The notes under the pieces: model-generated
What the model saw: only the letters and a program-made list of their open reading frames with translations
What the model was told of the DNA's origin: nothing
Databases searched by the model: none
Program-made: the position numbers and the translations under genes
In this document: positions 24,991 to 34,436 of the stretch, one piece after another
Position numbering within the stretch: position 1 is the first letter of the stretch
Layout: every line of letters begins with the position of its first letter
Source of the DNA: a virus
IMG/VR virus record: IMGVR_UViG_3300025096_002738
Location: 1-64,000 of that record
Length of the DNA: 64,000 bases
Strand: one strand, 5' to 3'

Positions 24991-27237
24991 ATGGGCGGTG
25001 CTGGCGGACATATGCGTCATCCTCATGATTTAAATGAGGTGGAAGATGGTCAAGATGTTGTTAACCTTTTTAAAGCTATTCCAGCTTATCTTAAAACCAA
25101 AGAGTTTCAAGGTGGTGCATCTTCTTCTTTAAAGGTTGATGGTAGTAATAATGGCTTAAAAGTTGTTGTACGTAATGGCGACTATACTTTTGCAGTTGAT
25201 CGTGGGACACAGATGGCCGCTGACGTGGCGGGAGTGTCCTTGGGCGACATGGACATCCGATGGCCCGAGAAAATCGATCCTGCGACCGGTGAGGCCAAGC
25301 CACGGGGGCTGATGGGTTCATCTATACAACTTGTTACTATGATGAATGAGGCTTTAGCTGCAAATCGAGCCAAGATGGTTGGATTATTAACACAACTCGG
25401 CCTTTTACAAGAAGACGGCTACCCCGATTTAAGTAAGTTTATTATGATCGAGTGGGTCGAGCGAAGAGCATTTGATCACCCCACCAATCCTGATCTCGGT
25501 AGAGCGAACGTTATTTATTATCCTTACGATTTTATTGCGTTTCTTGGTGTAAATCAGTTTTTTGAAATGACCAATCGTCACGGTGAAGTCACGCGACCGA
25601 GTGACCTTAAGGCCACAGAAGAAGACTCGGGTCCTGGAAAACCTGCTTCTTATGATCGCGAAGCACTATCGGAACTCGTTGAAATGGTTAAGCCATTTGC
25701 CCCTGAAGGTTTTGAGGTTTTATCTCCAATCTCCCTTAAAGTCGCGGTGGGCGGTGATGTGCCAGAAGAGGAACAGGAAGCAGCAGTCACAGAGGCTGTT
25801 AGCACTTTAGCTCAAAACATCGATGCCACATTACAAGAGCAGATTCCGATTAGACTGCACAGCGGCGACGATAGGTTACCAACTACTCACACTTTAGAAG
25901 AGTGGTTAGGAATGGCCGAGAACTTTCCCTATAAGCCAGATATCAAGATAAAACAAATGGTCGGCGAAGAAGAACGCATTAGAAAAGTCAGCCCTTTTCA
26001 CAAAGATATTCATAAGGCTCTGTTTTATGAAAATGTTGCGTTACCCGATCTTGTTGTTGATACAGAAATAGCTGAAGCTGTTCGCGGGGATTTAACTCCT
26101 TCACTAAAAGCGCTCTATGGTGCAATCTTTATAGAAGCCGCACGAAGATTAGGTAATACTGTCAAACAATCTTTAGGTTCGAGCGTAGAAGAGTTTGGAC
26201 CTACGGTCAGTCATGAAGGGGTTGTTATCGATGCTGGAATGAAGTTCGGAGATAAAAAAACAGGACACCCTTTTAAGATTACAGGAGAGTTCATTGTGGA
26301 TGCCACCGGTGGTGCATATGCTGGCGGTCAAGCATTGGAAGAGCAGGGAGTAGATTTAGAAGTTATCGAAGATGAAGGTGGAGATCCTGTTGTCGATGTA
26401 GATGCTGCTCCGCAAACAGTTGCGTTGGTGCCGGGAGCATTTAAGCCTCCACACAAGGGGCATGCCGATATGGTGAGAGCCTATGCAACTGGAGATGGAG
26501 TGCCAAAAGCAGATAGAACCATTATTTTGATTTCCAACCCTGAAGGTGCTTTACGCAGTTTGCCTCATGATAGTTCAGAAGTAAACGCAGAACATTCCCG
26601 ACAAATTTGGGAAACAGTTTTTTCCGATGTTACAAGTTTGCCGGGTGTTGAAATAGAAATAGCTTCTTCAGACATGCGATCTCCGGTGAGTATTGCTTAT
26701 GAATATATTAGCGAAACAACTCCACTAGATATTAGGGCCGGCGACAATGTTATTCTGGGAGCAAGCAGAAAGGACCGCGATTACGAGCGCTGGAAGGGTG
26801 CTACAGAGTATCATAAGAAGAAGCAGGGGGTGAATGTCCTTGCCGGCGAAGAGTACGCTGTGGAGCCTTCAGAGCGCTCTGATGGTAAAAACTTTAGCGC
26901 TAGCGATTCGCGGCAGTTGATCAGCAATTTGGTTACTAATCCAGAAGATATGGAATCACTTCGACAATTAACTGAATATATCCCACAAGATAAGATTGAT
27001 GAGTTATATCGTATTCTCGGACAGCCATCGCCTGTTTCACCAGAACCGCCCGAAGAAGCAGAGATAGAAATAATACCGCCAGAAGAATCCGAACTGGAGG
27101 AACTGTCGGCAGTCGGGGCAGGCGCCATCGAAGGACCTGGCGGAAGAAGAAAGAAAAAGAGCATTATTAGAAGAGAAAATAAACAAACCGTTGATGACGT
27201 AATAAGACTACTTATGGAAAGAGGTATCATGACATGA
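24991..27237 (+). CDS. multidomain protein with C-terminal cytidyltransferase-like (HxGH) domain
   Basis: N-terminal GHMRHPHD...KVDG.N motif; C-terminal LVPGAFKPPHKGH and SASDSR; GGAGG RBS. Confidence 0.8.
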   Translation: MGGAGGHMRHPHDLNEVEDGQDVVNLFKAIPAYLKTKEFQGGASSSLKVDGSNNGLKVVVRNGDYTFAVDRGTQMAADVAGVSLGDMDIRWPEKIDPATGEAKPRGLMGSSIQLVTMMNEALAANRAKMVGLLTQLGLLQEDGYPDLSKFIMIEWVERRAFDHPTNPDLGRANVIYYPYDFIAFLGVNQFFEMTNRHGEVTRPSDLKATEEDSGPGKPASYDREALSELVEMVKPFAPEGFEVLSPISLKVAVGGDVPEEEQEAAVTEAVSTLAQNIDATLQEQIPIRLHSGDDRLPTTHTLEEWLGMAENFPYKPDIKIKQMVGEEERIRKVSPFHKDIHKALFYENVALPDLVVDTEIAEAVRGDLTPSLKALYGAIFIEAARRLGNTVKQSLGSSVEEFGPTVSHEGVVIDAGMKFGDKKTGHPFKITGEFIVDATGGAYAGGQALEEQGVDLEVIEDEGGDPVVDVDAAPQTVALVPGAFKPPHKGHADMVRAYATGDGVPKADRTIILISNPEGALRSLPHDSSEVNAEHSRQIWETVFSDVTSLPGVEIEIASSDMRSPVSIAYEYISETTPLDIRAGDNVILGASRKDRDYERWKGATEYHKKKQGVNVLAGEEYAVEPSERSDGKNFSASDSRQLISNLVTNPEDMESLRQLTEYIPQDKIDELYRILGQPSPVSPEPPEEAEIEIIPPEESELEELSAVGAGAIEGPGGRRKKKSIIRRENKQTVDDVIRLLMERGIMT

Positions 27238-28037
27238 ATAAGCAAGAAGAACAAGATTTTAGAGAGAACATACGAACTCTTATTAAGCTTGTAAAAACCA
27301 AAAAGAGCTTTAACGAATCTCGAATTCGCAGTTCTCTAAAAACTCTGGCAAGGCTAGAACTACAAAGGATGATCAGTGAGCGAGAAGTCGCTGATACCGA
27401 TCCGACTCCCAATAAATCAACTGGAATTAATATCCTGGAAGACCTTCTTAAGAAGATCGTCCCCGTGCTGGAAGTGGACTATAAGAGTCTGACAACTAGT
27501 GATGAACAGCGGCAGTCTTTCCGCGCCCACGTCATTAACGCAATTGTGGCTACCCTCACTCCGGTTGAGGCAAACAATCTAGCTGGCGAAGAGGCTAGCC
27601 AAGGTACAAACCCCGCGGAAGTCGATGATATAGATGAAGAAATCAACATCGATGTTGGTGACGACGCTGGGGCCGATGACGACAAGTTTATTGATATTCG
27701 CACAGATGCAGAAATAGCTGCTGATGAAGAGACTGAAGAAGAGGATCCTGTAGGGGATTTTGGTATCGAAGGTCAGGATGAAACCGGTCGCAATATGGCT
27801 TATAACTCGTTTAAGAAGATTGAAACCTCTATCATTGATTCTTATGAATTGCTTTCAAATCCAGAGGATCAGGAGCTATTTTATGATTACCTGATCGCAA
27901 ACACTAAGCTGTATTTCGATAAGTTCGAAGATGAGTTGACCCCAGAACTAAGCGAGCCAACTAATCAGGCTTACGCTACTGCCAGCCAAGATCTTGACTC
28001 TGATAGCAGTGAAGAAGAACTAGAAATCGAATTATAG
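27234..28037 (+). CDS. acidic hypothetical protein, possibly head-associated
   Basis: ATGA overlap; RMISE, D/E-rich, TGRNMAY motif. Confidence 0.75.
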   Translation: MNKQEEQDFRENIRTLIKLVKTKKSFNESRIRSSLKTLARLELQRMISEREVADTDPTPNKSTGINILEDLLKKIVPVLEVDYKSLTTSDEQRQSFRAHVINAIVATLTPVEANNLAGEEASQGTNPAEVDDIDEEINIDVGDDAGADDDKFIDIRTDAEIAADEETEEEDPVGDFGIEGQDETGRNMAYNSFKKIETSIIDSYELLSNPEDQELFYDYLIANTKLYFDKFEDELTPELSEPTNQAYATASQDLDSDSSEEELEIEL

Positions 28038-28136
28038 GACGGCATCCGCGCCGTTTGGACTCATGTGCTGTGATTGTTAGTTGAGCGCTAAAGAAGTAAA
28101 ATCACTAGACATTGAATTTTAATTAATTAATTTCAC

Positions 28137-28165
28137 TTGACAGAGCTTTGAAATGCTGGTACATT
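28137..28165 (+). promoter_or_regulatory. sigma70-type promoter
   Basis: TTGACA 28137, 17 bp spacer, TGgTACATT (28160). Confidence 0.65.
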
Positions 28166-28246
28166 ATGGATGTGGTGGTGCTGTGATAGTAATTGATTGC
28201 AGACATAATTCATATTCAATCTAATATATCTAATATATCAAAACAA

Positions 28247-28594
28247 ATGAAAAAAAGCAATAGACATAATACTACAGCTTTTAACAGTGTTAGAATTAAA
28301 TTAGAAGAAGAAGGGTTAATTAATAATGAATTGCTTGTTTTGATAGCAGCGCTTTCATTAGAAGATCTGATTGCTTTGAAATTAGAACTGGCATGTGGTG
28401 AGGTTCGAAATCGTCTATATGGATTTGACATATGGAGAAATCTAAAACCTATTGTCCAGGAATCAGTCTTGAAGTTTGCGATCTCAACAAGAAAGTCAAA
28501 AAAAGATGCAGCCCGATTTCTTGGACTCAATTATTTAGAATTCAAAAAGTTACTAACTAAATACAACATAGAGGAATACTTCGACATGGTTTAA
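28247..28594 (+). CDS. protein with C-terminal Fis-like helix-turn-helix
   Basis: KSKKDAARFLGLNYLEFKKLLTKYNI. Confidence 0.7.
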   Translation: MKKSNRHNTTAFNSVRIKLEEEGLINNELLVLIAALSLEDLIALKLELACGEVRNRLYGFDIWRNLKPIVQESVLKFAISTRKSKKDAARFLGLNYLEFKKLLTKYNIEEYFDMV

Positions 28595-28757
28595 GTAGGA
28601 GATGAACAAGTTGGTTAGAAAAATACTTATAGCAGGCTCCAAGCCAATCACGAGCCTGCTGGTCAAAGGGTGACGAAAAAAACACTAAACTGTGGTTCTA
28701 GCAAGTGGTGAGCAAGAGATCCACGACCAACTGGTGTCATATATATAAAGGTGCAAT

Positions 28758-28964
28758 ATGTGGAAAGTGTATAAATGGAATGGTCACTATATCGAGGGGG
28801 ATTTGTTAAGCAAGCACTCATCCGAAGAAGCAGCCCTCAAAGCTGCCAAGAAGGCCATAAAGTTTAATAAGACAGAAAAAGAGAAGAAAAAAAAGGAGAT
28901 ACTTATTTGGCTTGACGGTGAAAATGGAACACCGTTAGGTGTGATCGTTAAAAAAACAAAATAA
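28758..28964 (+). CDS. small basic hypothetical protein
   Basis: AAGG RBS; 68 aa. Confidence 0.65.
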   Translation: MWKVYKWNGHYIEGDLLSKHSSEEAALKAAKKAIKFNKTEKEKKKKEILIWLDGENGTPLGVIVKKTK

Positions 28965-28965
28965 T

Positions 28966-29302
28966 GGGGACGAAATGGCTTCGACAGGGTAAGAAAGAGG
29001 CATAGTGCAAGTAGGTTAGATACGACCTTAACAGTTCAAAACAATAGTTGCAAATAACAACAATCACTTCGATTCTGTTCGCCTAGCGGCTTAATCGGGA
29101 GGTTGCTCAGAGCCTTCTATCCAATTTGAGCAAAACAACAGACAAGTTGTAAAAATCAAAACCATCTATTGCAACAGGACGGTAAGCAATAGATTATAAC
29201 CGTCTACCTTTGTCAGTTTGGACGGTATAAACTGAATAAACTTGTGAATGACTAGAATTAGACTTATTTTGGACGACGGTTCGATTCCGTCCGTCTCTAC
29301 CA
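28966..29302 (+). ncRNA. ssrA: tmRNA (transfer-messenger RNA)
   Basis: 5' GGGGACGAAATGGCTTCGAC; 3' T-arm GACGGTTCGATTCCGTC and CGTCTCTACCA; G3-U70 alanine determinant; tag ORF 29050-29094 encodes ANNNNHFDSVRLAA-stop. Confidence 0.95.
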
Positions 29303-29304
29303 TT

Positions 29305-29379
29305 GCGGGTGTAGCTCAGCGGTAGAGCCTCACGTTGCCAACGTGACTGTCGCTGGTTCAAATCCAGTCACCCGCTCCA
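29305..29379 (+). tRNA. tRNA-Gly (GCC)
   Basis: Cloverleaf GCGGGTG/CACCCGC, D-stem GCTC/GAGC, anticodon stem TCACG/CGTGA with GCC at 29337, TTCAAAT T-loop, encoded CCA. Confidence 0.96.
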
Positions 29380-29411
29380 TCAAATAATCATAACAAACAA
29401 AAGGAAAAATA

Positions 29412-31304
29412 ATGATTAAATTACTCACACTTGGACTTATTTTGGCTGGTTGCCGAGATAATCTTAATTATGATGACGTCTATACTGGCGACACTCACGG
29501 CAAAATCTCAGGCATTGTCACTTCTACTGATGGCGCCGCCCTCGCAGGAGTCACTGTGACTGCGCAGGATGCCACAACCACCACAGATGAGAACGGAATT
29601 TACACACTACTTGATGTTTCTCCATCTCAGACTATTGTAGTGAAGTTTTCAAAGCAGGGCTATGCTAAGAATTACAAGACCACAGCAATGCAGACCTGGG
29701 AGACAGTTTCTTCTAATGCCTCACTGCTTGAAGCCGATGGTACTTCTGTCATTGACAGCCAGATCTCTAACACTGTCGTTGTAGAAGGCACTACTGTTAG
29801 GTTTTCAGAAAATTCATTTGTAAATGCTGATGGTAGTGAATATGTAGGAGATGTTACTGTTCAGGTGACTCACGTAGACCCCTCTACAGACGACCTAGTA
29901 GGCGCTCCACGGGATTTGACTGCGATTACTAGGCAGAGTACCGACTCAACTGCAAAAGACGCCACAACGGCGTCTCAGCTAGTTTCTTATGGAATGGTAG
30001 ATGTTTCCCTCTTCAACGCTGACGGCGAAGAACTCAATCTTTCTTCCGAAGTCCCAGCTTACCTAGAAATTCCTATTACCAATGGTGAACTACCGGATCT
30101 ATATCATCTTTCTGATGGCGATAGTCAGTCGGCTTGGTCTTTTGATCCTGATATTGGCTCATGGGTAGAAGAAGGAGTTGGAGTGATTGTAGAAGAAGAC
30201 GGAAACTCATATTTTCAGTTTGAGGCTGATCATTTTTCATGGTGGAATTGCGATCAGGGCTTTGTCCCCTCTTGTGCTACAGGTAAGGTGATAGACACTT
30301 TAGAATTTCCTGTTAGAGGTGCTGAGGTTATTTGTGCCGGGGGACAGTCAACCACCACCGCAGTAACTGATGATGATGGAAATTACGTCTGTAGTATTCT
30401 TGTTGGAGATACAGTGAGATTTACCGGCACAACTTTTGTTGATAATCGCAACTGGTCAAACAACGTCAGCAAGTTTATGGATGGCGAAGGAAGCGATGCC
30501 AACACATGTGAGCCTATTGAAACCATCCAGATCGATGTTTGTCGTCTTGCCGGCGCCATTAATGTTCAGAACATGCGCGGCACTAGCGAAACAATACAGG
30601 AAATGGAAGCTGATAATATTATTGCCTTCTTTTGGGAGCCGCTTGGCGAACCTTTCTACTGCGATGACCTTTGGCAGTCTTTGGAGCCGGGCTCATGCTG
30701 GACAGGAACTCAAGAAGAGGTCCTTAGTGCCTTCCCGCAGGGTGCTACCCCTGGCATGCCAGATGATTCCCGCTCTGTTGGAAGTTGGCTTGAGGTTCGA
30801 ACCAATAAGAGTGTATACCGCATCGATCGGGAAACAGTTAGCGGTGAACCAAATTACAATTGGGACTCCCATACAGTTGATGGGACCACAGTTTCCGATC
30901 ACAGGCCAGAAATCAACAATGGTGATATTCTAGATGTCCAGGCTCCCGGTGATTACTCATCTTATTTTGGTGCTTGGGAGTTGGCTGAGTTTGCGACAGT
31001 TCCGACGGCTGTAGAATTCAGTAGCGCTGACACTACGTTGGACTGGAACAATGCAAATCTTACTGTGACTTATAATAATCACAATGATGAAAACATATTT
31101 GTAAACGTTCTTGTTGGCGAGACACAGATGCTTTGCAAGTTTGATGATACTGGTCGATTTACCGTGAATTCCATGGGACTAGATACGGGCTTCGGAGGAC
31201 TTTCAATCCAACATGTAGAGACAGAGCTATTTCCTGGTCCTGATGGGCTTCCTATCAGAACCATGGTTATATCTGGCGAGAGTGTCGCTGTTGACATAAA
31301 GTAA
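29412..31304 (+). CDS. lipoprotein with carboxypeptidase-regulatory-like (Ig-type) domains
   Basis: Lipobox LAGC; GKISGIV...LAGVTV...TTTDENGIY...SKQGY; HFSWWNCD motif; second G.V...VRGAEV repeat. Confidence 0.82.
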   Translation: MIKLLTLGLILAGCRDNLNYDDVYTGDTHGKISGIVTSTDGAALAGVTVTAQDATTTTDENGIYTLLDVSPSQTIVVKFSKQGYAKNYKTTAMQTWETVSSNASLLEADGTSVIDSQISNTVVVEGTTVRFSENSFVNADGSEYVGDVTVQVTHVDPSTDDLVGAPRDLTAITRQSTDSTAKDATTASQLVSYGMVDVSLFNADGEELNLSSEVPAYLEIPITNGELPDLYHLSDGDSQSAWSFDPDIGSWVEEGVGVIVEEDGNSYFQFEADHFSWWNCDQGFVPSCATGKVIDTLEFPVRGAEVICAGGQSTTTAVTDDDGNYVCSILVGDTVRFTGTTFVDNRNWSNNVSKFMDGEGSDANTCEPIETIQIDVCRLAGAINVQNMRGTSETIQEMEADNIIAFFWEPLGEPFYCDDLWQSLEPGSCWTGTQEEVLSAFPQGATPGMPDDSRSVGSWLEVRTNKSVYRIDRETVSGEPNYNWDSHTVDGTTVSDHRPEINNGDILDVQAPGDYSSYFGAWELAEFATVPTAVEFSSADTTLDWNNANLTVTYNNHNDENIFVNVLVGETQMLCKFDDTGRFTVNSMGLDTGFGGLSIQHVETELFPGPDGLPIRTMVISGESVAVDIK

Positions 31305-31328
31305 AATATTGCTTTATTTGAAATAGAC

Positions 31329-31370
31329 TGTGGCGGGGGTAGCGTTTGTTGCCTCCGCCACAAGCATTTT
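31329..31370 (+). terminator. strong hairpin, probable terminator
   Basis: TGTGGCGGGGGTAGC-gttt-GTTGCCTCCGCCACA (15 bp with G-U pairs) right after the lipoprotein stop; weak T tail. Confidence 0.55.
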
Positions 31371-31405
31371 AGGAATAAGAAATCTTCTCCCATATATACT
31401 ACAGT

Positions 31406-31906
31406 ATGAAGACGCTTAAGTTGGATAGTTCTTACAAACCAATACAAATTATAAGTGTTGAAGAGGCGTTCTGCATGATCTGGTTGAATAGGGCCAATCT
31501 AGTAGAAGTATACGACGATGTTTTTTTAAGATCTGCGCATGAGTCTTTTTTAGCCCCTTGTGTTGTTTCAATTAATCGCTTTGTTAACAACTCGAAGTTT
31601 TCTCTTATATGTAATAGAAGAAATGTGATACATAGAGACAACTTTACATGTCAATATTGTGGTGTTGTCTTTCCTTTTAGCCAACTAACGCTGGATCACA
31701 TTATTCCGCGCAGCAGAGGCGGCCTGAAAACATGGGACAATATTGTTACTAGCTGCATGCGCTGTAACCAGAGAAAGGCCAACAAGCTTCCGCATGAAGC
31801 CAATATGAAACTCTTGGGGGTACCAAAGGTACCGCCCTATCAAATATTTCACACTTTTGAAAAAGATTCAATCGATGATAAGTGGCGCCCCTACTTAAAG
31901 ACATGA
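31406..31906 (+). CDS. HNH endonuclease (McrA-like)
   Basis: RRNVIHRDNFTCQYCG...TLDHIIPRSRGG...WDNIVTSCMRCNQRK. Confidence 0.92.
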   Translation: MKTLKLDSSYKPIQIISVEEAFCMIWLNRANLVEVYDDVFLRSAHESFLAPCVVSINRFVNNSKFSLICNRRNVIHRDNFTCQYCGVVFPFSQLTLDHIIPRSRGGLKTWDNIVTSCMRCNQRKANKLPHEANMKLLGVPKVPPYQIFHTFEKDSIDDKWRPYLKT

Positions 31907-32094
31907 GCGCCAACCCAAAAAAATACCATATTGATGAGTGGGTGTTTTATTGGCCAACAGAAATCCATGATAAAAAACGCGCATTAATTTTATGGTGTTA
32001 CAACGATAACAGAACAATATGGGACTATGAGATAATTCTCGATGAAACTGGAGAAAAAAGAAAAGTACTAGAGAGTTCTCTTTTTACAGAATAG
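31903..32094 (+). CDS. small SH3-like hypothetical protein
   Basis: ATGA overlap; KYHIDEWV...ALIL...YEII...VLESSL. Confidence 0.55.
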   Translation: MSANPKKYHIDEWVFYWPTEIHDKKRALILWCYNDNRTIWDYEIILDETGEKRKVLESSLFTE

Positions 32095-32114
32095 CCTCCT
32101 ACCTACTAATAGGG

Positions 32115-33074
32115 ATGCATCGGGTTTTTGCGATTTTAGTTTCTTTAGTCTGCGTACTTACAGCAGGCTGTACACCTGACTACGGCATTGTTGCACCCGA
32201 TCCAGTATATATTGAAGTTCCAGTATATATTGAAGAAGAAGTCCCCGAAGACCCAGGCTTAGTGTGGGTTGATGCAGTCACACAGGTGGCTAGTACAAAT
32301 GGTACTGACATCTTGTGGATTATAGACACGTCATGTTCGATGGACGATGACGCCAGCAGAGTGTTGTCGGGAATCGAAGCAATGATTGATTCCCTTCCGA
32401 CTTCTGGTTGGCGTCTTAACATGTTGAGCGCCGACCCTCGCGACTATACAGATGAACAGTTTCCTCTGGTACCTGGAGACACAATTGTTGAAGCAGAGAG
32501 AATGTATGGTCAGATGTCTCGTGGAAGCCTTGAAAATGGGTTTGAAGCTGCTCAAAAGTACATCGAAGAGAGTGCATACGCTCTCACATGGATGCGAAAG
32601 GACGCGTCCTTATTGATTGTCTTTGTGTCTGACGAAGAAGAGCAAAGCACCGCAGTATTTTATACAGTGTCGTCTTTTATTGATTGGCTTGATGACATTC
32701 GAACTGGGATATTTGTTTCAAGTATCGTGAACTTTGAACAGTCAGAGTCTTTATGCAATGCACACCCCAGCAGCGAAGGCATTCGTTTTGCAGAGGTTAC
32801 AAATCACTACGCGGGAGTAATGGTTGATATTTGCTCCGAGGATTGGTCTCCAGGCGTCCGTGATGCTGCGGCACAGCTAGAGCCCTACGAGAGCATAAAA
32901 CTCTCTCACGAGCCCGTAGAAGGCTCCGTGAGGGTATTTGTGGATGGCTCCATCTACAATGACTGGTACTACGATAACACCGACAACACTGTTTACTTTG
33001 TAGTCGTCCCTGAATCAGGGTCCTTAATGGAAGTCGGATATAGGTACCATCCTCTTGATACAGGAAATAGTTAA
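32115..33074 (+). CDS. vWA-domain lipoprotein
   Basis: Lipobox LTAGC; DILWIIDTSCSM MIDAS; IVFVSDEEEQS; DICSEDW. Confidence 0.82.
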   Translation: MHRVFAILVSLVCVLTAGCTPDYGIVAPDPVYIEVPVYIEEEVPEDPGLVWVDAVTQVASTNGTDILWIIDTSCSMDDDASRVLSGIEAMIDSLPTSGWRLNMLSADPRDYTDEQFPLVPGDTIVEAERMYGQMSRGSLENGFEAAQKYIEESAYALTWMRKDASLLIVFVSDEEEQSTAVFYTVSSFIDWLDDIRTGIFVSSIVNFEQSESLCNAHPSSEGIRFAEVTNHYAGVMVDICSEDWSPGVRDAAAQLEPYESIKLSHEPVEGSVRVFVDGSIYNDWYYDNTDNTVYFVVVPESGSLMEVGYRYHPLDTGNS

Positions 33075-33084
33075 TAAATAATAC

Positions 33085-33112
33085 TTGACAAATCTCTATT
33101 TGCGGTTATAAT
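33085..33112 (+). promoter_or_regulatory. sigma70-type promoter
   Basis: TTGACA 33085, 16 bp spacer, TATAAT 33107. Confidence 0.7.
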
Positions 33113-33170
33113 TAAGATTGTTAGGCAAGAAATATTTTGCTAATCATTTACACACTAATAAAAAGGTATT

Positions 33171-33653
33171 ATGATGCATAATGAAGAAGATGTGGGAGAA
33201 AACCCCACAGTAATGGTGTCTGGGGGCTTTGATCCCGTACACGCTGGCCATATCCGTTTAATCCGACATGCTGCTGAATTTGGTGACGTCATTGTGGTTG
33301 CCAATTCTGATGAGTGGCTTTTCCGCAAGAAAGGCTTTGTGTTCATGGAGTTTGAACGACGTATAGAGATCTTAAATGCGATTAAGGGAGTTATTTTAGT
33401 TGATTCTGTAGATGACTCCGACGAAACTGTTTGTGAGGCGATCCGTCGGCTTAAGCCAGATTATTTTGCAAATGGAGGAGATCGGGGCAGAGCCAACACT
33501 CCCGAACAAAACGTTTGTGAAGAATTGGGTATTGAGATGCTGTGGAGCATCGGAGGAGATGAAAAGCTCCAAAGTTCTTCGGTTCTAACAAAAAAGGGCC
33601 GAGATTACGAGCCTCCTCCTAGGCGAATTCAAACGCCAGTTTCAGAAAGATAG
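33171..33653 (+). CDS. cytidylyltransferase-family nucleotidyltransferase (TagD/RibL/RfaE-C-like)
   Basis: VSGGFDPVHAGH, NSD, ER..IL, PDYFANGGD, SSS. Confidence 0.9.
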   Translation: MMHNEEDVGENPTVMVSGGFDPVHAGHIRLIRHAAEFGDVIVVANSDEWLFRKKGFVFMEFERRIEILNAIKGVILVDSVDDSDETVCEAIRRLKPDYFANGGDRGRANTPEQNVCEELGIEMLWSIGGDEKLQSSSVLTKKGRDYEPPPRRIQTPVSER

Positions 33654-33749
33654 TAAATAATACTTTTACAGATGGGAAATCTGTGTTATTATATACATGA
33701 ATCAAAGATAGAACTTATGTGGTTTACATTTTTAAAAAAGGAGAAAAAA

Positions 33750-33947
33750 ATGAGCACTACAACAGCGAATAAGGGTGTCAAGAAGCTTGAGGCAGCCGTT
33801 GCCTCCCAGAGCGAGCAGCTATCTTCTGTTCTTAATCGGATGAACAGAATGGCTGATGAGATTCACGTTCTTAAGGGTGAACTTAATCGATTTAAGAGCG
33901 ACGTCGCAAGCGATGTCAAGTATCTCACCGACCGCGTCGATTCTTAA
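33750..33947 (+). CDS. small coiled-coil protein
   Basis: AAGGAG RBS before ATG 33750. Confidence 0.7.
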   Translation: MSTTTANKGVKKLEAAVASQSEQLSSVLNRMNRMADEIHVLKGELNRFKSDVASDVKYLTDRVDS

Positions 33948-33956
33948 GAGAAAATA

Positions 33957-34436
33957 ATGAACATATATGAAAGATTAGCAACTCTTAACTTGCCTGAAGA
34001 TACCGATGTCACTCTGACCTATAGTCAGGGAACAGGTGTGTTTGTTCACAACGAAACTGCCGTTGATACAGCAATTGCTGATACAGATGTTATTAGTGAG
34101 TTTGCTGATCTAGTCGCAACTCCAGGGCTTCAGACGTCCGTTCCGTATGTCGGCAACGTGCTGGAGACCATGAGAGAAAGCGGCTTTCTAGATGATTATG
34201 AGCGCGGCAGTTTTGCATTTGAAGACTTTATTCGTGAAGTTCTCCATGGCAATTTCTATGATCAAGAGTTCATTGGGAACTCGATAAAGCGTTACGATTA
34301 TAAACGAGGCTTCTGTACTCTAGAGACAACAGTTACAGTCCCTCTGGCTAATTTTCTAGATCTCCAGCCCTTGGTGTATGGATGGGTTGTATCAGTAGCT
34401 ACCCCTGCTGGTACCCTCACCGTCACCGACGACTAA
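33957..34436 (+). CDS. hypothetical protein
   Basis: 159 aa acidic ORF. Confidence 0.7.
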   Translation: MNIYERLATLNLPEDTDVTLTYSQGTGVFVHNETAVDTAIADTDVISEFADLVATPGLQTSVPYVGNVLETMRESGFLDDYERGSFAFEDFIREVLHGNFYDQEFIGNSIKRYDYKRGFCTLETTVTVPLANFLDLQPLVYGWVVSVATPAGTLTVTDD

